From the IMG/VR virus record IMGVR_UViG_3300034198_006385, positions 22,663-86,662 of that record: a DNA stretch of 64,000 bases. One strand, 5' to 3'. Numbering within the stretch: position 1 is the stretch's first letter; each line of letters starts with the position of its first letter. The notes beneath the pieces were generated by a model. The model did not search any database. It had not been told where the DNA came from and saw only the letters and a list, made by a program, of their open reading frames with translations. The translations under genes were made by a program, and so were the position numbers. This document shows positions 1 through 9,936 of this stretch, piece after piece. The DNA comes from a virus.

Positions 1-1
1 A

Positions 2-136
2 TTACCCGCTAGTTATTTTATTAAATTAAAAGAATATGTAGATAATTTACCAAAAATTACTTATAATATAGAATATATTAATACAAAGGGAGAACACAAA
101 AATATTGTGTTAGATGACCTCGAAAATTTTACCTAG
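2..136 (+). CDS. gp26: baseplate hub subunit gp26-like, C-terminal fragment (runs off window start)
   Basis: Frame 2 reads LPASYFIKLKEYVDNLPKITYNIEYINTKGEHKNIVLDDLENFT*, resembling the gp26 C-terminus; lies immediately upstream of a gp51-like ORF. Confidence 0.55.
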   Translation, partial: LPASYFIKLKEYVDNLPKITYNIEYINTKGEHKNIVLDDLENFT

Positions 137-138
137 TG

Positions 139-309
139 ATGTTGGCCCATAATGATATGGTAAATTTTTATCATAATATTTTCAATATGGTTCAACATCA
201 TGGATATAGAATAGAAGAAGTAGAAAATATGGTAATTTATGAATTAGATATCTATAATACCTTACTAATACAATATATAAAAGATAAAGAATTAGCGGAA
301 CAAAGTTAA
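139..309 (+). CDS. gp51: baseplate hub assembly catalyst gp51-like (56 aa, not in ORF track)
   Basis: MLAHNDMVNFYHNIFNMVQHHGYRIEEVENMVIYELDIYNTLLIQYIKDKE matches the short gp51 of cyanophage-type T4-likes (F..MQHH.Y...E.ENM..WE..IY..LL.QYI). Confidence 0.75.
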   Translation: MLAHNDMVNFYHNIFNMVQHHGYRIEEVENMVIYELDIYNTLLIQYIKDKELAEQS

Positions 310-314
310 TAAAA

Positions 315-1682
315 ATGGTAGATGAAAATTCTAGAATAAATGAATTAAATAACTCAGTTAATAAAACTATTAATATATCAAAAATAGATAGTGTTATTGA
401 TTCAGAATTAACCAACAAAATTAATAATAATACTAAAGGTTTTATTGGTAATGTAAATAAAGAACTTGATATAAATTCCAGTATTAAACCAGTATCAAAT
501 ATTGAACCATCAATTGATACCAAAATTATATCACCAGAAATTAAAAAACAAAAAGTAGCATCTTTTTTAAAAAATAAATTACCAGAAAAATTAAAAAGTA
601 TAGCTGGTAAATCTTTACCCGGCATTGGTGCTGTAGCTTCTGCTTATGGCGTTATTGATAAAATCAATGAAGGTGATATTCCAGGGGCAATTACACAAAC
701 AGCCGCAGGTATAAGTTCATTTATTCCCGGTAAAGGAACGGTAGCATCTTATACATTACAGGGGGTATCTCTTGCCCGAGATTTTTATAAAGAAATATTC
801 GATGAATATCCAGGCGAAGATAAAAATTTTGAAAAACATGCAAAAATTATTGATGATACTATGAGAGAATATGGTTTACCCGAAGCTATTATTTCAACTA
901 TATCAAATGGAATTTCATATGCAAAAAGTGGTGAAACTTTTATAAATGATGCTTTTAGATCAAAAGAAAATTATACTCCAGAGGCATCAAAACAAACTAT
1001 AGTAAATAATACTACAGAAAATAAACCAATGAGAGGAAAAACAAATAAAGGGGTTTCCCTCATAGAAGATTTTAAAGATACACAAAATAATAGTAATAAT
1101 GAATTAAATAATTTATTAGAAATGAATAGAAATAAATTTGAACAAAATTCAAATTTAGACATTAATACTAATATATCTAATCAATTACAAGAAAATCCAA
1201 ATATTACACCATCTATAATTAATGAATCACAAGTTCAACCAAATATTAATACATCTGTAAATAATATGACACAGGTTAATTCAAATATTAATAAACAATT
1301 ACAATCTGAATTAAATATAGATAGCACATTAAATAATAAAAACCAAATAATTAATACTGAGTTAACACCAGATACACCATCAAATTTTTATTTAAAACTT
1401 GAAACACCATATATTAATAAATCATCCCCATCAACTATAATATATCCGTATAACAATCAAACTAAATCTACTCAAATTAATAAAACAATTAAAAGAAATC
1501 AAAATGATGTCAAAAATATACAGACTAATAATTATAACGAGCAACAAACTGCAAAAAATTTAAATAATGTATTTGTTTCAGAAAATTCTGTACCTATAAC
1601 TCCAGAAAATCAACAATATCAATTTAATATGCCTGAACCAAAAAATGTTCCAAATTCACCGGCTATTGGACCAATTAGATAA
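315..1682 (+). CDS. putative baseplate hub/tail-associated low-complexity protein
   Basis: Follows gp26/gp51; GKSLPGIGAVASAYG...FIPGKGTVAS glycine-rich helical segment; Asn-rich C-half. Confidence 0.4.
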   Translation: MVDENSRINELNNSVNKTINISKIDSVIDSELTNKINNNTKGFIGNVNKELDINSSIKPVSNIEPSIDTKIISPEIKKQKVASFLKNKLPEKLKSIAGKSLPGIGAVASAYGVIDKINEGDIPGAITQTAAGISSFIPGKGTVASYTLQGVSLARDFYKEIFDEYPGEDKNFEKHAKIIDDTMREYGLPEAIISTISNGISYAKSGETFINDAFRSKENYTPEASKQTIVNNTTENKPMRGKTNKGVSLIEDFKDTQNNSNNELNNLLEMNRNKFEQNSNLDINTNISNQLQENPNITPSIINESQVQPNINTSVNNMTQVNSNINKQLQSELNIDSTLNNKNQIINTELTPDTPSNFYLKLETPYINKSSPSTIIYPYNNQTKSTQINKTIKRNQNDVKNIQTNNYNEQQTAKNLNNVFVSENSVPITPENQQYQFNMPEPKNVPNSPAIGPIR

Positions 1683-2514
1683 TATATTTTTGCATACTTT
1701 TTTCTATACCATAAAGATTAATATTTTTTAATGAATTATCCATTAAAAATGTATTACATGTATAATTTTTATTAGGCGTTGATAATAATATTTCAAAATT
1801 TTCCGGTAAATTATGAATATAACAAAAATATTTAATAAATTCACTAATTGTAAATGATTGAGAATATGCACAATTGATATCTGACGGATAATCAATCCAA
1901 TTTTCTATAACATTTGAAATAATTTTACTTAAATCAATTGCTGATATCCATGAAAATTCTCTATTATGAGAAATAATAAATTTTTTATTTTCTTTAATAT
2001 AATTGCAATATTTTTTTAATAAACGAAAATCTGGTTCATTTGAATCAAAACAACCAAATATTCTTAATGTTATTGCGTTTGGAATAAGGCGACAATAACG
2101 ACTAATTATATTTTTTGCTAATCCATAACTTTCAGTTGGTAATCTTCTATCAATTTCATCTTCTTTCACATAATCAATATTAGTAGTAATATCCATTTCT
2201 GCACCACTACCAATATTTATTAATAGACCATAATGATTATTCAAATTTGAAATATTTTGAAATATTTTTAGATTATTATGAAATTCATCTTTATTAAATT
2301 CACCAAGATTCTGTTTACCACCGGCAGTGGCACAAAGAATAACAACATCAGGATTAATATTTTTAATTGTATGATAAACATTATCAAAATTAGTTAAATC
2401 ACAAATATCTCTATGAATACCAAATTTATAACAATATGGTAATTGGTCCATCAATACTGAACCAAGAAATCCTTTTGATCCTAAAATAACAATTCTTTTA
2501 TTTTTATAACTCAT
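1675..2514 (-). CDS. NAD-dependent nucleotide-sugar epimerase/reductase (extended SDR)
   Basis: N-terminal GSKGFLG Rossmann motif, GSGAE, YGLAK (YxxxK). Confidence 0.85.
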   Translation of the reverse strand: MSYKNKRIVILGSKGFLGSVLMDQLPYCYKFGIHRDICDLTNFDNVYHTIKNINPDVVILCATAGGKQNLGEFNKDEFHNNLKIFQNISNLNNHYGLLINIGSGAEMDITTNIDYVKEDEIDRRLPTESYGLAKNIISRYCRLIPNAITLRIFGCFDSNEPDFRLLKKYCNYIKENKKFIISHNREFSWISAIDLSKIISNVIENWIDYPSDINCAYSQSFTISEFIKYFCYIHNLPENFEILLSTPNKNYTCNTFLMDNSLKNINLYGIEKSMQKYII

Positions 2515-2520
2515 ATAGTA

Positions 2521-3276
2521 TTACTCTAATTCTTCTGACGGTAAAAATGGATACATATCATCCAATCCCGCCTGTATTTTCTTACCATCCACTATTTTAA
2601 AAGATTGCATAGGTATAATTTCTTCATCTGGTTCACAAAATGCTTCAATAATCATACATTGTTTATTTTTTAATACATTACTAAAACATAAACTTTTTTC
2701 ATTATATGTATTCGAATAGTAATCCCATAAATCAATATATGGAATGTCAAATCCATCAGCAATTTTACTCATATTAGGAATATGTACACCTGTATTTTTA
2801 TCAACCCCATATATTCTATTATTATAAAAATTCTTTTGAGTATTTTTGATTGACATGTATCCATTATTATTTAATACTATAATTTTTATTGGTAAATTCA
2901 TTCCTTTAATTGTAGATAATTCTTGAAGATTTGACATGAAAGACCCATCACCAACAATTACAATTACATCTTTGTTACTTTCAATTGCAACCCCAATTGA
3001 TGCAGGAATTGCAAATCCCATATCTGCTTGCGATTGACTAAAAATAAAACGTCTATCCATACTGGCATGAAGATTTACTGGACAAACATATGATGGAGAC
3101 CCCGCATCTGTAACAACAATACTATCAGCCCACATAGTATTGTTAATAAAATTAATTACATGGTAAATAGAAAAAACACCATTTTTTGGTTGACCCTTAG
3201 GTAGTCCAGTTACCCATTTATTTTTCCATGATAAACATTTTAAAGCCCAATGACTATAAGGATCATCCCAACTCAT
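2521..3276 (-). CDS. ThDP-dependent enzyme (acetolactate synthase/YerE-like), C-terminal PP domain
   Basis: TDAGS, MGFAIPASIG, GDGSFMSNLQEL...LNNNGY ThDP-binding motif. Confidence 0.85.
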   Translation of the reverse strand: MSWDDPYSHWALKCLSWKNKWVTGLPKGQPKNGVFSIYHVINFINNTMWADSIVVTDAGSPSYVCPVNLHASMDRRFIFSQSQADMGFAIPASIGVAIESNKDVIVIVGDGSFMSNLQELSTIKGMNLPIKIIVLNNNGYMSIKNTQKNFYNNRIYGVDKNTGVHIPNMSKIADGFDIPYIDLWDYYSNTYNEKSLCFSNVLKNKQCMIIEAFCEPDEEIIPMQSFKIVDGKKIQAGLDDMYPFLPSEELE

Positions 3277-4361
3277 TATAATTTTCCTAATTTATATTGT
3301 GAAATTGCGTGAGTAAAAAATTCTCTCAAATCCATACGCAATCCTTTATTAAAAGAAACAATATTAGAATTTATATCTTGATTGCATGTTTTTAACAATT
3401 CGCTTTGTGAAATATCTACAATCATTTTATATGCATTTGGTGCAAAATTATTTTTATCATATCCAATATGACAAACTGTTAATGAACTACCAAGAACTAA
3501 TAATGTATCAGATTTCATTAAGGCCATATTTCCTGCACGAGAACCTTTAACTCCAATACACCCAATATTTAATGGATTTGCGTGATCTGTATAATCTCTA
3601 GCACCATAAGTTGATACAAAAGGAATTTTTGTCATTTCAATAAAACGAATAAATTGTTGAATTGTGTTAGATTGTGCAATACCATTACCAGCCAAAATCA
3701 ATGGTTTATCTGCCTGAAATAGTTTATCAACCATAAAATTTAAAGTAGTGAATCTAGTTAAATTATTTTCTTCATAATTAAATTTTAGTAATTTAAGAAT
3801 AATTGGTTGTGTATATTGTTCATTTAATTCTGCAATTTGTACATCGGCAGGAATATCAATCCATGCTGGTCCCGGTCTACCATTTGTCATGGCATTAATT
3901 GCTGACATAAGAACAGAACGAATATTATTAGGATTATTTAGAAAATGTGTATATGTTGTATAATTTTTTACCATCGGAATTATATCATTTTCTTGAATGC
4001 CATATTTGCGTAATGCCCATTGGTTTTCGTTATTCATTTTATATGTTGTTTGATCGGAACGAACATTACCAGAAATAAATAATACAGGAACACCATCTTG
4101 CCATGCATCTAACAGAGGTGTCATGCAATTAGTTCCACCGCAGCCAGTTGTTGGATTGACAATACTAAAGTTTCGACTATATTTTGCAGCACCAATGGCA
4201 GCATATCCAGCCGCTTGTTCATGATGAAAACATATGTAATTGATATCTGGATTTCTGATAAAACCATCATTTAACCCTGATGCGCCACCACCAGTTAATC
4301 CATAAACATTTTTAATTCCTAGATTAACTAATTCCCGCGCAATATAATCGCAAACTCTCAT
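3276..4361 (-). CDS. ThDP-dependent enzyme (acetolactate synthase/YerE-like), N-terminal PYR and central domains
   Basis: HHEQAAGYAA, TTGCGGTN, GRPGPAWIDIPADVQ, KPLILAGNG. Confidence 0.85.
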   Translation of the reverse strand: MRVCDYIARELVNLGIKNVYGLTGGGASGLNDGFIRNPDINYICFHHEQAAGYAAIGAAKYSRNFSIVNPTTGCGGTNCMTPLLDAWQDGVPVLFISGNVRSDQTTYKMNNENQWALRKYGIQENDIIPMVKNYTTYTHFLNNPNNIRSVLMSAINAMTNGRPGPAWIDIPADVQIAELNEQYTQPIILKLLKFNYEENNLTRFTTLNFMVDKLFQADKPLILAGNGIAQSNTIQQFIRFIEMTKIPFVSTYGARDYTDHANPLNIGCIGVKGSRAGNMALMKSDTLLVLGSSLTVCHIGYDKNNFAPNAYKMIVDISQSELLKTCNQDINSNIVSFNKGLRMDLREFFTHAISQYKLGKL

Positions 4362-5692
4362 TCATATTTCCTCATAAATTTCTTGACCATATCATGAATA
4401 TAAAATAATTGGTCAACTGTAATAGTTGGACTTGTGCCATGAAAAAATGTTGACGTTGTTGTATATGTTGCATTTGGAAAATCTTTTTTTACATCATATG
4501 AGTGTTCAGATGCTAAATGAGAATATCCCGGTTGTAATAAAATATTACCCGCAAAATATGGACGAGTTTGAATTTTACATTCCTCTAAAAAAGCAACAAA
4601 TTCCTTACGAGTAAAAGGAGCATCCGGTTTAACTGTTAGAGGAAAAGCAAACCATGATGGATCAGATTTTGGTGTTGCTTTTGGAATTATGAAATATTTT
4701 TCATATGGGTCATATGTGACGCGAAGCATTTCATAATTATGTTTGCGACGTTCAATGATATTTGGAATTTTTTTAATTTGTTGTAGACCAATAGATGCTT
4801 GTAATTCTATTGGTTTTAGATTGTAACCAATTTCACTATACACATATTTGTGATCAAAAATTTCATTTGGTAATTCAGGAAGCCATGAACTAAATCGTTT
4901 ACCACATGTGCCGCATGGAAGTTTATTAGCTTTCTCGCCTTGGCAATAACAAGCGCGGCCCCAATCCCGCAGAGAATGAATTACATCATTTAGGCCAATA
5001 TCGTTAGTGGCAACAAAACCACCTTCACCTAACGAAATGTGATGGGCTGGATAAAAACTGCAAGACGCCATTTTACCAAATGATCCTAATGGGTTTCCAT
5101 CATATAAAGAACCAAGAGCATCACAACAATCCTCTAAAAGAATAAGATCATATTTCTCGCACAATTTCATCACTTTATCCATATTAGGTGGATTTCCTAA
5201 TACGTGTGCGAAAGAGATTGCTTTAATATTACTCTTAGAACCATAACGCTGTAGAATATGTTCTACCTGTTTAAGATCAATATTGAGAGTATCTAATTCA
5301 ATGTCAACAAATACTGGCTCAAATCCTAATTGAATAATCGGATTGATAGTAGTTGGAAAACCAGCAACAGGTGTCAAAATTTTTGAACCCGGTGGTAGAT
5401 CAAATGCGTTTTTACTGCGTAAAGCGGAATACATTAATAGATTAGCGGAACTTCCACTATTAACTAAAGCACCAAATTTTTTACCAAGAAATTTACTAAA
5501 TTGAGATTCGAAATGAATTGCATCTTTACCTAATCCCATCCACCCATTTAGAAGTGTTTGGACGGCGGCAACAATTTCTTTTTCGTTATAATAGGTGCCA
5601 GCGTAATTTACTTGATCTACGCCAGCTATCCATTTCTTGGCTTTGTTTTTTTCAATAAGATATTTTTCAATTTCAGATAAAATATGTTCCAT
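4358..5692 (-). CDS. rfbH: RfbH/AscC-like NDP-4-keto-6-deoxyglucose 3-dehydrase (DegT/DnrJ family)
   Basis: VNSGSSANLL, GFPTTINP, EDCCDALGS, SFYPAHH (His in place of the Schiff-base Lys), RDWGRACYC...CG, DHKYVYSEIGYNLK. Confidence 0.85.
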   Translation of the reverse strand: MEHILSEIEKYLIEKNKAKKWIAGVDQVNYAGTYYNEKEIVAAVQTLLNGWMGLGKDAIHFESQFSKFLGKKFGALVNSGSSANLLMYSALRSKNAFDLPPGSKILTPVAGFPTTINPIIQLGFEPVFVDIELDTLNIDLKQVEHILQRYGSKSNIKAISFAHVLGNPPNMDKVMKLCEKYDLILLEDCCDALGSLYDGNPLGSFGKMASCSFYPAHHISLGEGGFVATNDIGLNDVIHSLRDWGRACYCQGEKANKLPCGTCGKRFSSWLPELPNEIFDHKYVYSEIGYNLKPIELQASIGLQQIKKIPNIIERRKHNYEMLRVTYDPYEKYFIIPKATPKSDPSWFAFPLTVKPDAPFTRKEFVAFLEECKIQTRPYFAGNILLQPGYSHLASEHSYDVKKDFPNATYTTTSTFFHGTSPTITVDQLFYIHDMVKKFMRKYE

Positions 5693-6033
5693 TACATTTC
5701 CTCATTAGAATCACCATTATAGTGATTAAATACATATTGCAATTCTTCATCCGAAATAACGGTAAGAATCCTAGAAACAATTTCGGATGCTTTCTTATGT
5801 CGATCTAATGTTTTTTGATATTTTTCAATGTCATCACACATATATGAAATATAACTATCAACATCTTGTTCCAAAATAGTGGTATTTGGCAATTCTTTAA
5901 AAAAGAATCCATATTTACCGCTTTTCATAATACGAACGGTCAATTCATTATTTTTATTCAACTCCGACCGCTGACCAAGAGAAACTAATTCATTATAAAG
6001 TGTATTAAACACAGAAGCCTTTTCATTCATCAA
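5692..6033 (-). CDS. hypothetical protein (may start at in-frame ATA at 6087)
   Basis: ORF track; the reading frame stays open upstream to an AGGTGA RBS. Confidence 0.5.
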   Translation of the reverse strand: MMNEKASVFNTLYNELVSLGQRSELNKNNELTVRIMKSGKYGFFFKELPNTTILEQDVDSYISYMCDDIEKYQKTLDRHKKASEIVSRILTVISDEELQYVFNHYNGDSNEEM

Positions 6034-6094
6034 ATCAATGTGCTTCTTACGAATTGCTTTACGGGAATCAATTACAAGTTTACTTATGATATAA

Positions 6095-6742
6095 TCACCT
6101 TACAATATTATTAACCATAATCTTTGCTTGCGCTATTTTTGATTCTAGCGTAATGCCGGGCCAATGTAAAGCCCAATCTCCGTGCTGCCATATCATACTA
6201 TGCCCCAACAAATCAATATCTGTTGGAAGTTGATCATGACGATAAATTTGTTTTTGTAAACTATTCATATATCGAGCAGGAACAATACCAAGAATATCTT
6301 TATATTGATTTAATGTGTCAATAACGACTTGTTGTTCTTTCCATGAATGATTCGTATAAATTGGTTCCAACGAAAGTAAGTCACAAATATATTGTTTGCA
6401 TTCAGGAGAATTACGAAACAATGCATTACCAACATTTATTCCATTAAAATACATTGACCAAATTACATGAACATTAGAATTAATTCTATCTTCTATCTTA
6501 ATATTAAAATTGGTTACGATTGCATCACAATCAACAATGAATAACCACTCACACTCAGGATATAATTCAAACACTTCTAAGACCAAATGAAGTCTGGCGA
6601 ACCCCATATCAGGAGTCCGCCAGTTATTTTTCTTACAATAGAAAGTATATCCGTGTTTATCGCAATATTCTTTCTTTGTTTGATCTGTTATAGTGGCTAA
6701 ATCTTCATACCCTTCAGTATTAAATGATACCACTACAAACAT
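6095..6742 (-). CDS. glycosyltransferase, GT34-like (GT-A)
   Basis: YCDKHGY, WLFIVDCDAIVTN (DxD), INVG, WKEQ, GDWALHWPG. Confidence 0.75.
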   Translation of the reverse strand: MFVVVSFNTEGYEDLATITDQTKKEYCDKHGYTFYCKKNNWRTPDMGFARLHLVLEVFELYPECEWLFIVDCDAIVTNFNIKIEDRINSNVHVIWSMYFNGINVGNALFRNSPECKQYICDLLSLEPIYTNHSWKEQQVVIDTLNQYKDILGIVPARYMNSLQKQIYRHDQLPTDIDLLGHSMIWQHGDWALHWPGITLESKIAQAKIMVNNIVR

Positions 6743-7695
6743 TATTTTCTCTTAGCCATTTTTTTAAAGAAACTCATTTCATTATCATCTTCTTCTTCGT
6801 CGTTATCATTATTCGATGATGAAGTATTTTCCTTTTCATTATTTTCATCATCGTCATCGTCCCATGGAACTTGATTTACATTTTTATTAATGAGTTTATT
6901 AGTAGTTGTTTTTGGTGCATCAATATTAGATGATTTTTTAGGTTGAGATGTCCCAAGAACATATTCGAGGCGTTTCTTTAGTTCATCATATGATTTAAAT
7001 TTTTCAGGAGCAATTTCTGATTGCAGAGAATGAGAGGACTTCCAGATTTTTTCTAGAACATCATCATCATCAGAAATAGATGTAGGTGGTTTTACAAACA
7101 CCGATTGATCGTAATTCCTATTACCTTCTACCCTACGAATAATTAGACGAAAATTACACCCTTCCCACATATCAAAAACATTAATTGGTGCATCATCTTC
7201 AAATGTTGGATGAAGCATTTCATTAATTTTATCATAGATTTTTTTACCAAATTTAAAACGAAATACTTTTCCGTTATTTTCTGGTGCGCCTTTATCATCA
7301 ATAACAAGAATATTGGCAACATAATATAATTTACGTTTACGATCTTTAGCTAATTGAATATTTTCTTTATCACCAGATTCATAAAGTTGATTATTCATTT
7401 CAACAACAGGATCATCTTGACCTAATGTTGTTAAACATTTTTCAATATACCAACGCTTTTTATCGCCATGAACAACATTAAAACCATGTTCCCAATAACG
7501 GATTAGGGCATCTTCTTCATTTGGGGGAGGAGGAAGAAATCTAATAATTGCCAGACCATTTCCAGCTTTATCTACTGTTGGTTGCCAATAAGTATCATCA
7601 TCATAATTTTGTTTTGTATTTTGTGCTTGCAATTGTTTTGCAAGATTTTCTGCTTGTGCTTTACGATTATTTTTTAGTTCGGCAAAATTTACCAT
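6742..7695 (-). CDS. gp32: single-stranded DNA-binding protein gp32
   Basis: DKAGNGLAIIRFLP, WYIEKCLTTLG, FGKKIYDKI, acidic tail ending SFFKKMA. Confidence 0.95.
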   Translation of the reverse strand: MVNFAELKNNRKAQAENLAKQLQAQNTKQNYDDDTYWQPTVDKAGNGLAIIRFLPPPPNEEDALIRYWEHGFNVVHGDKKRWYIEKCLTTLGQDDPVVEMNNQLYESGDKENIQLAKDRKRKLYYVANILVIDDKGAPENNGKVFRFKFGKKIYDKINEMLHPTFEDDAPINVFDMWEGCNFRLIIRRVEGNRNYDQSVFVKPPTSISDDDDVLEKIWKSSHSLQSEIAPEKFKSYDELKKRLEYVLGTSQPKKSSNIDAPKTTTNKLINKNVNQVPWDDDDDENNEKENTSSSNNDNDEEEDDNEMSFFKKMAKRK

Positions 7696-7699
7696 TTTA

Positions 7700-8320
7700 T
7701 TATTTCTCCATATAATTTGTATAATTAGTATCTTCTGTATATTTGAATTTTTGTATTGCTACATTTTTATATATGTCCGTTTCCACCCTAATAAAAGGTT
7801 TATACTTAATTAATTTTTGGTAAATATCAGGCCAAATAATGTCATCCTGAATTTTACCATTAATAACACTGAGAAAATTCGTCAATCTATCAATAATAAT
7901 GACGGTTTCAGGTGTTATTTTTTGTTGAAGATAACAACGTATAATTTTAGGGTAAATATCAATATCTTCTATTATCCTAAAATTATTATCAAAATCTTCA
8001 TCGAATTTAGAAAGATCACTCTTAAAAGTATATAAGAGTGATTCTCTTACCTTCTGGCGTTTCTTATATACCGAATCCCCTTGTTTAGTCAAGCAATCTG
8101 TGACCCAACATTTGGAATTTTCGAAAAGATTAGCAACTATTAATCCTTCAGGATCATTCATTTTAGACAATTTATAAAATGCATATTTGTCATTTCTTTT
8201 TTCAAATGATTCTGGTTTAAGATTAACTTTTCCTCTATATTTAAAATAGTCATATTTTTTATTTTTAAAATGCATTGATAAACTTGTAAATAAACAAAAA
8301 GCATCAAATGAAGTCATCAT
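7700..8320 (-). CDS. gp59: helicase loader gp59
   Basis: HF...YDYFKY.GK...SFEKR.DKY.F.KL; adjacent to gp32. Confidence 0.9.
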   Translation of the reverse strand: MMTSFDAFCLFTSLSMHFKNKKYDYFKYRGKVNLKPESFEKRNDKYAFYKLSKMNDPEGLIVANLFENSKCWVTDCLTKQGDSVYKKRQKVRESLLYTFKSDLSKFDEDFDNNFRIIEDIDIYPKIIRCYLQQKITPETVIIIDRLTNFLSVINGKIQDDIIWPDIYQKLIKYKPFIRVETDIYKNVAIQKFKYTEDTNYTNYMEK

Positions 8321-8514
8321 TTCACCAATTTTAATTTTTTCGCTTCTTCTTTTATTTCAGTAAAAAATATTTTATCACTTTGTATAATATCAGCAATAAA
8401 ATATGGATCAAGTTCATTTCTTTCCATATAATGATTAATAGCATCCATTAATAATATCTGATTACTTTTTGCTATATCTCTTATATTTTTAATATGTTCG
8501 TTTAATATTTTCAT
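8317..8514 (-). CDS. gp33: late transcription coactivator gp33
   Basis: MDAINHYMERNELD...IKEEAKKLKL pattern; synteny with gp59/gp32. Confidence 0.7.
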   Translation of the reverse strand: MKILNEHIKNIRDIAKSNQILLMDAINHYMERNELDPYFIADIIQSDKIFFTEIKEEAKKLKLVK

Positions 8515-9184
8515 TATAATTTTTAATTGCCTCAATCAATTGTTCAACATAATTATCTCTTTTTTCCTGAAATACATTCCCCCCGCCATCATTAAATGTC
8601 ATAATAATAGTAAGATCAGTAATAGGAATACCAGTCAATTCTTCAAACATAATACTATATGCTGTTGCTTGCATAAAATAAGTAGTAATATGTTCTTTCT
8701 TTTTTTCTTTACGTGATGTTTTATAATCAATAATAGATTTTTTACCATTATATTTTGCGATTAAATCTGTTTTTCCGGCAACCCCAAGATAATCTGAATA
8801 TAAAGATTTTTCAATAACATATACATCATCTACATTTTCGTCTAATATTTTTTTAATATATTTGAATGATAGATTAGTAATTACATCATTATTACCAAGA
8901 TAATCTTCTTCATTCAATATATATCGTTCACAGGTATCGTGTAATAAGGTTCCTTTACGTGAAGCCTGTACCATAACTTTGCGGGCGTCTTGCTCGCCTA
9001 CACGTTCTTTCCATTTATCAATACCATCCTTAGCTACATGTGACATTACAGTTGTTACTGATGGATATGTTTTACCATTAGGATGATGATAAGTGCGACC
9101 AGTTTCAAGTGTTATAGATTTAACTATATCAAGTTTACTTGTATCAAAATCAGTAATATAACGAAAATATTTAGAACGGGGCAT
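8489..9184 (-). CDS. PD-(D/E)XK exonuclease
   Basis: YPSVTTV, GTLLH, AGKTDLI, IIDYKTS, YFMQATAY. Confidence 0.85.
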   Translation of the reverse strand: MPRSKYFRYITDFDTSKLDIVKSITLETGRTYHHPNGKTYPSVTTVMSHVAKDGIDKWKERVGEQDARKVMVQASRKGTLLHDTCERYILNEEDYLGNNDVITNLSFKYIKKILDENVDDVYVIEKSLYSDYLGVAGKTDLIAKYNGKKSIIDYKTSRKEKKKEHITTYFMQATAYSIMFEELTGIPITDLTIIMTFNDGGGNVFQEKRDNYVEQLIEAIKNYNENIKRTY

Positions 9185-9936
9185 TAAGATAAACCCATCT
9201 TATATCTTTCTAAGATATATTCTTTAACAAATCCCGAACGAACAATATCCTCAATTTCAAAATCAATTGTTTGAACAGATTTAATTCCATTCAATACATC
9301 CATAATTTCCGCTAAACCAGATTGTTCTGTTTTTTTATCTTTTAAATCATCTTGTCTATAATCGCCACACATAATAAATCGTGTATTTTTACCAATACGA
9401 GTAAGAATACTATGTAATTCCATACGAGTCATATTTTGCATTTCATCAACAATAATAATTGCATCATCAAATGTCAAACCACGTACAAATGATGTAGATT
9501 GAAATTCAATAATACCTTTTGATTTTAATTGAGAATAAGCAAATTTTGTATGAAATAATTCATTACAAATATTATCATATGGCAATTCGTAAATATTAAT
9601 TTTTTCCGTAATTTTTCCAGGCAAGAATCCAATATCTCTAGTAGGAACAACACTACGCACAATGATTATTTTTTTATATCGAGGATTTTCTTGAAATATT
9701 TCATCAAGAGCAAGATATAAAGAAATATAGGTTTTTCCGGTTCCTGCAACACCATGAAGAATTAAATGTTTATTATCATCAAATGCATCAAATGTTCTTT
9801 GTTGCCTTATTGTTAAGGGTTTAATTGTTTTAAGTTCAAATAATGATGATAATGATTGATTAACTGCTGTATTCGCAGATGAATTATTACGTGCTTGTTT
9901 TTTTCTTTTTGTTTTTAGTGACCGTTCTGTAGACAT
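9184..9936 (-). CDS. phoH: PhoH-like ATPase
   Basis: GVAGTGKT, IGFLPG, RGLTFD, VDEMQN, GDYRQDD, DIVRSG. Confidence 0.95.
   Translation of the reverse strand: MSTERSLKTKRKKQARNNSSANTAVNQSLSSLFELKTIKPLTIRQQRTFDAFDDNKHLILHGVAGTGKTYISLYLALDEIFQENPRYKKIIIVRSVVPTRDIGFLPGKITEKINIYELPYDNICNELFHTKFAYSQLKSKGIIEFQSTSFVRGLTFDDAIIIVDEMQNMTRMELHSILTRIGKNTRFIMCGDYRQDDLKDKKTEQSGLAEIMDVLNGIKSVQTIDFEIEDIVRSGFVKEYILERYKMGLS

Noticed and set aside
182-1162. Minus-strand ORFs 182..625 and 971..1162
   Set aside because: Hydrophobic antisense shadows of AT-rich plus-strand genes
8489-9184. Cas4 as part of a CRISPR system
   Set aside because: Standard T4-like PD-(D/E)XK exonuclease next to phoH; lacks Fe-S cysteines and has no array
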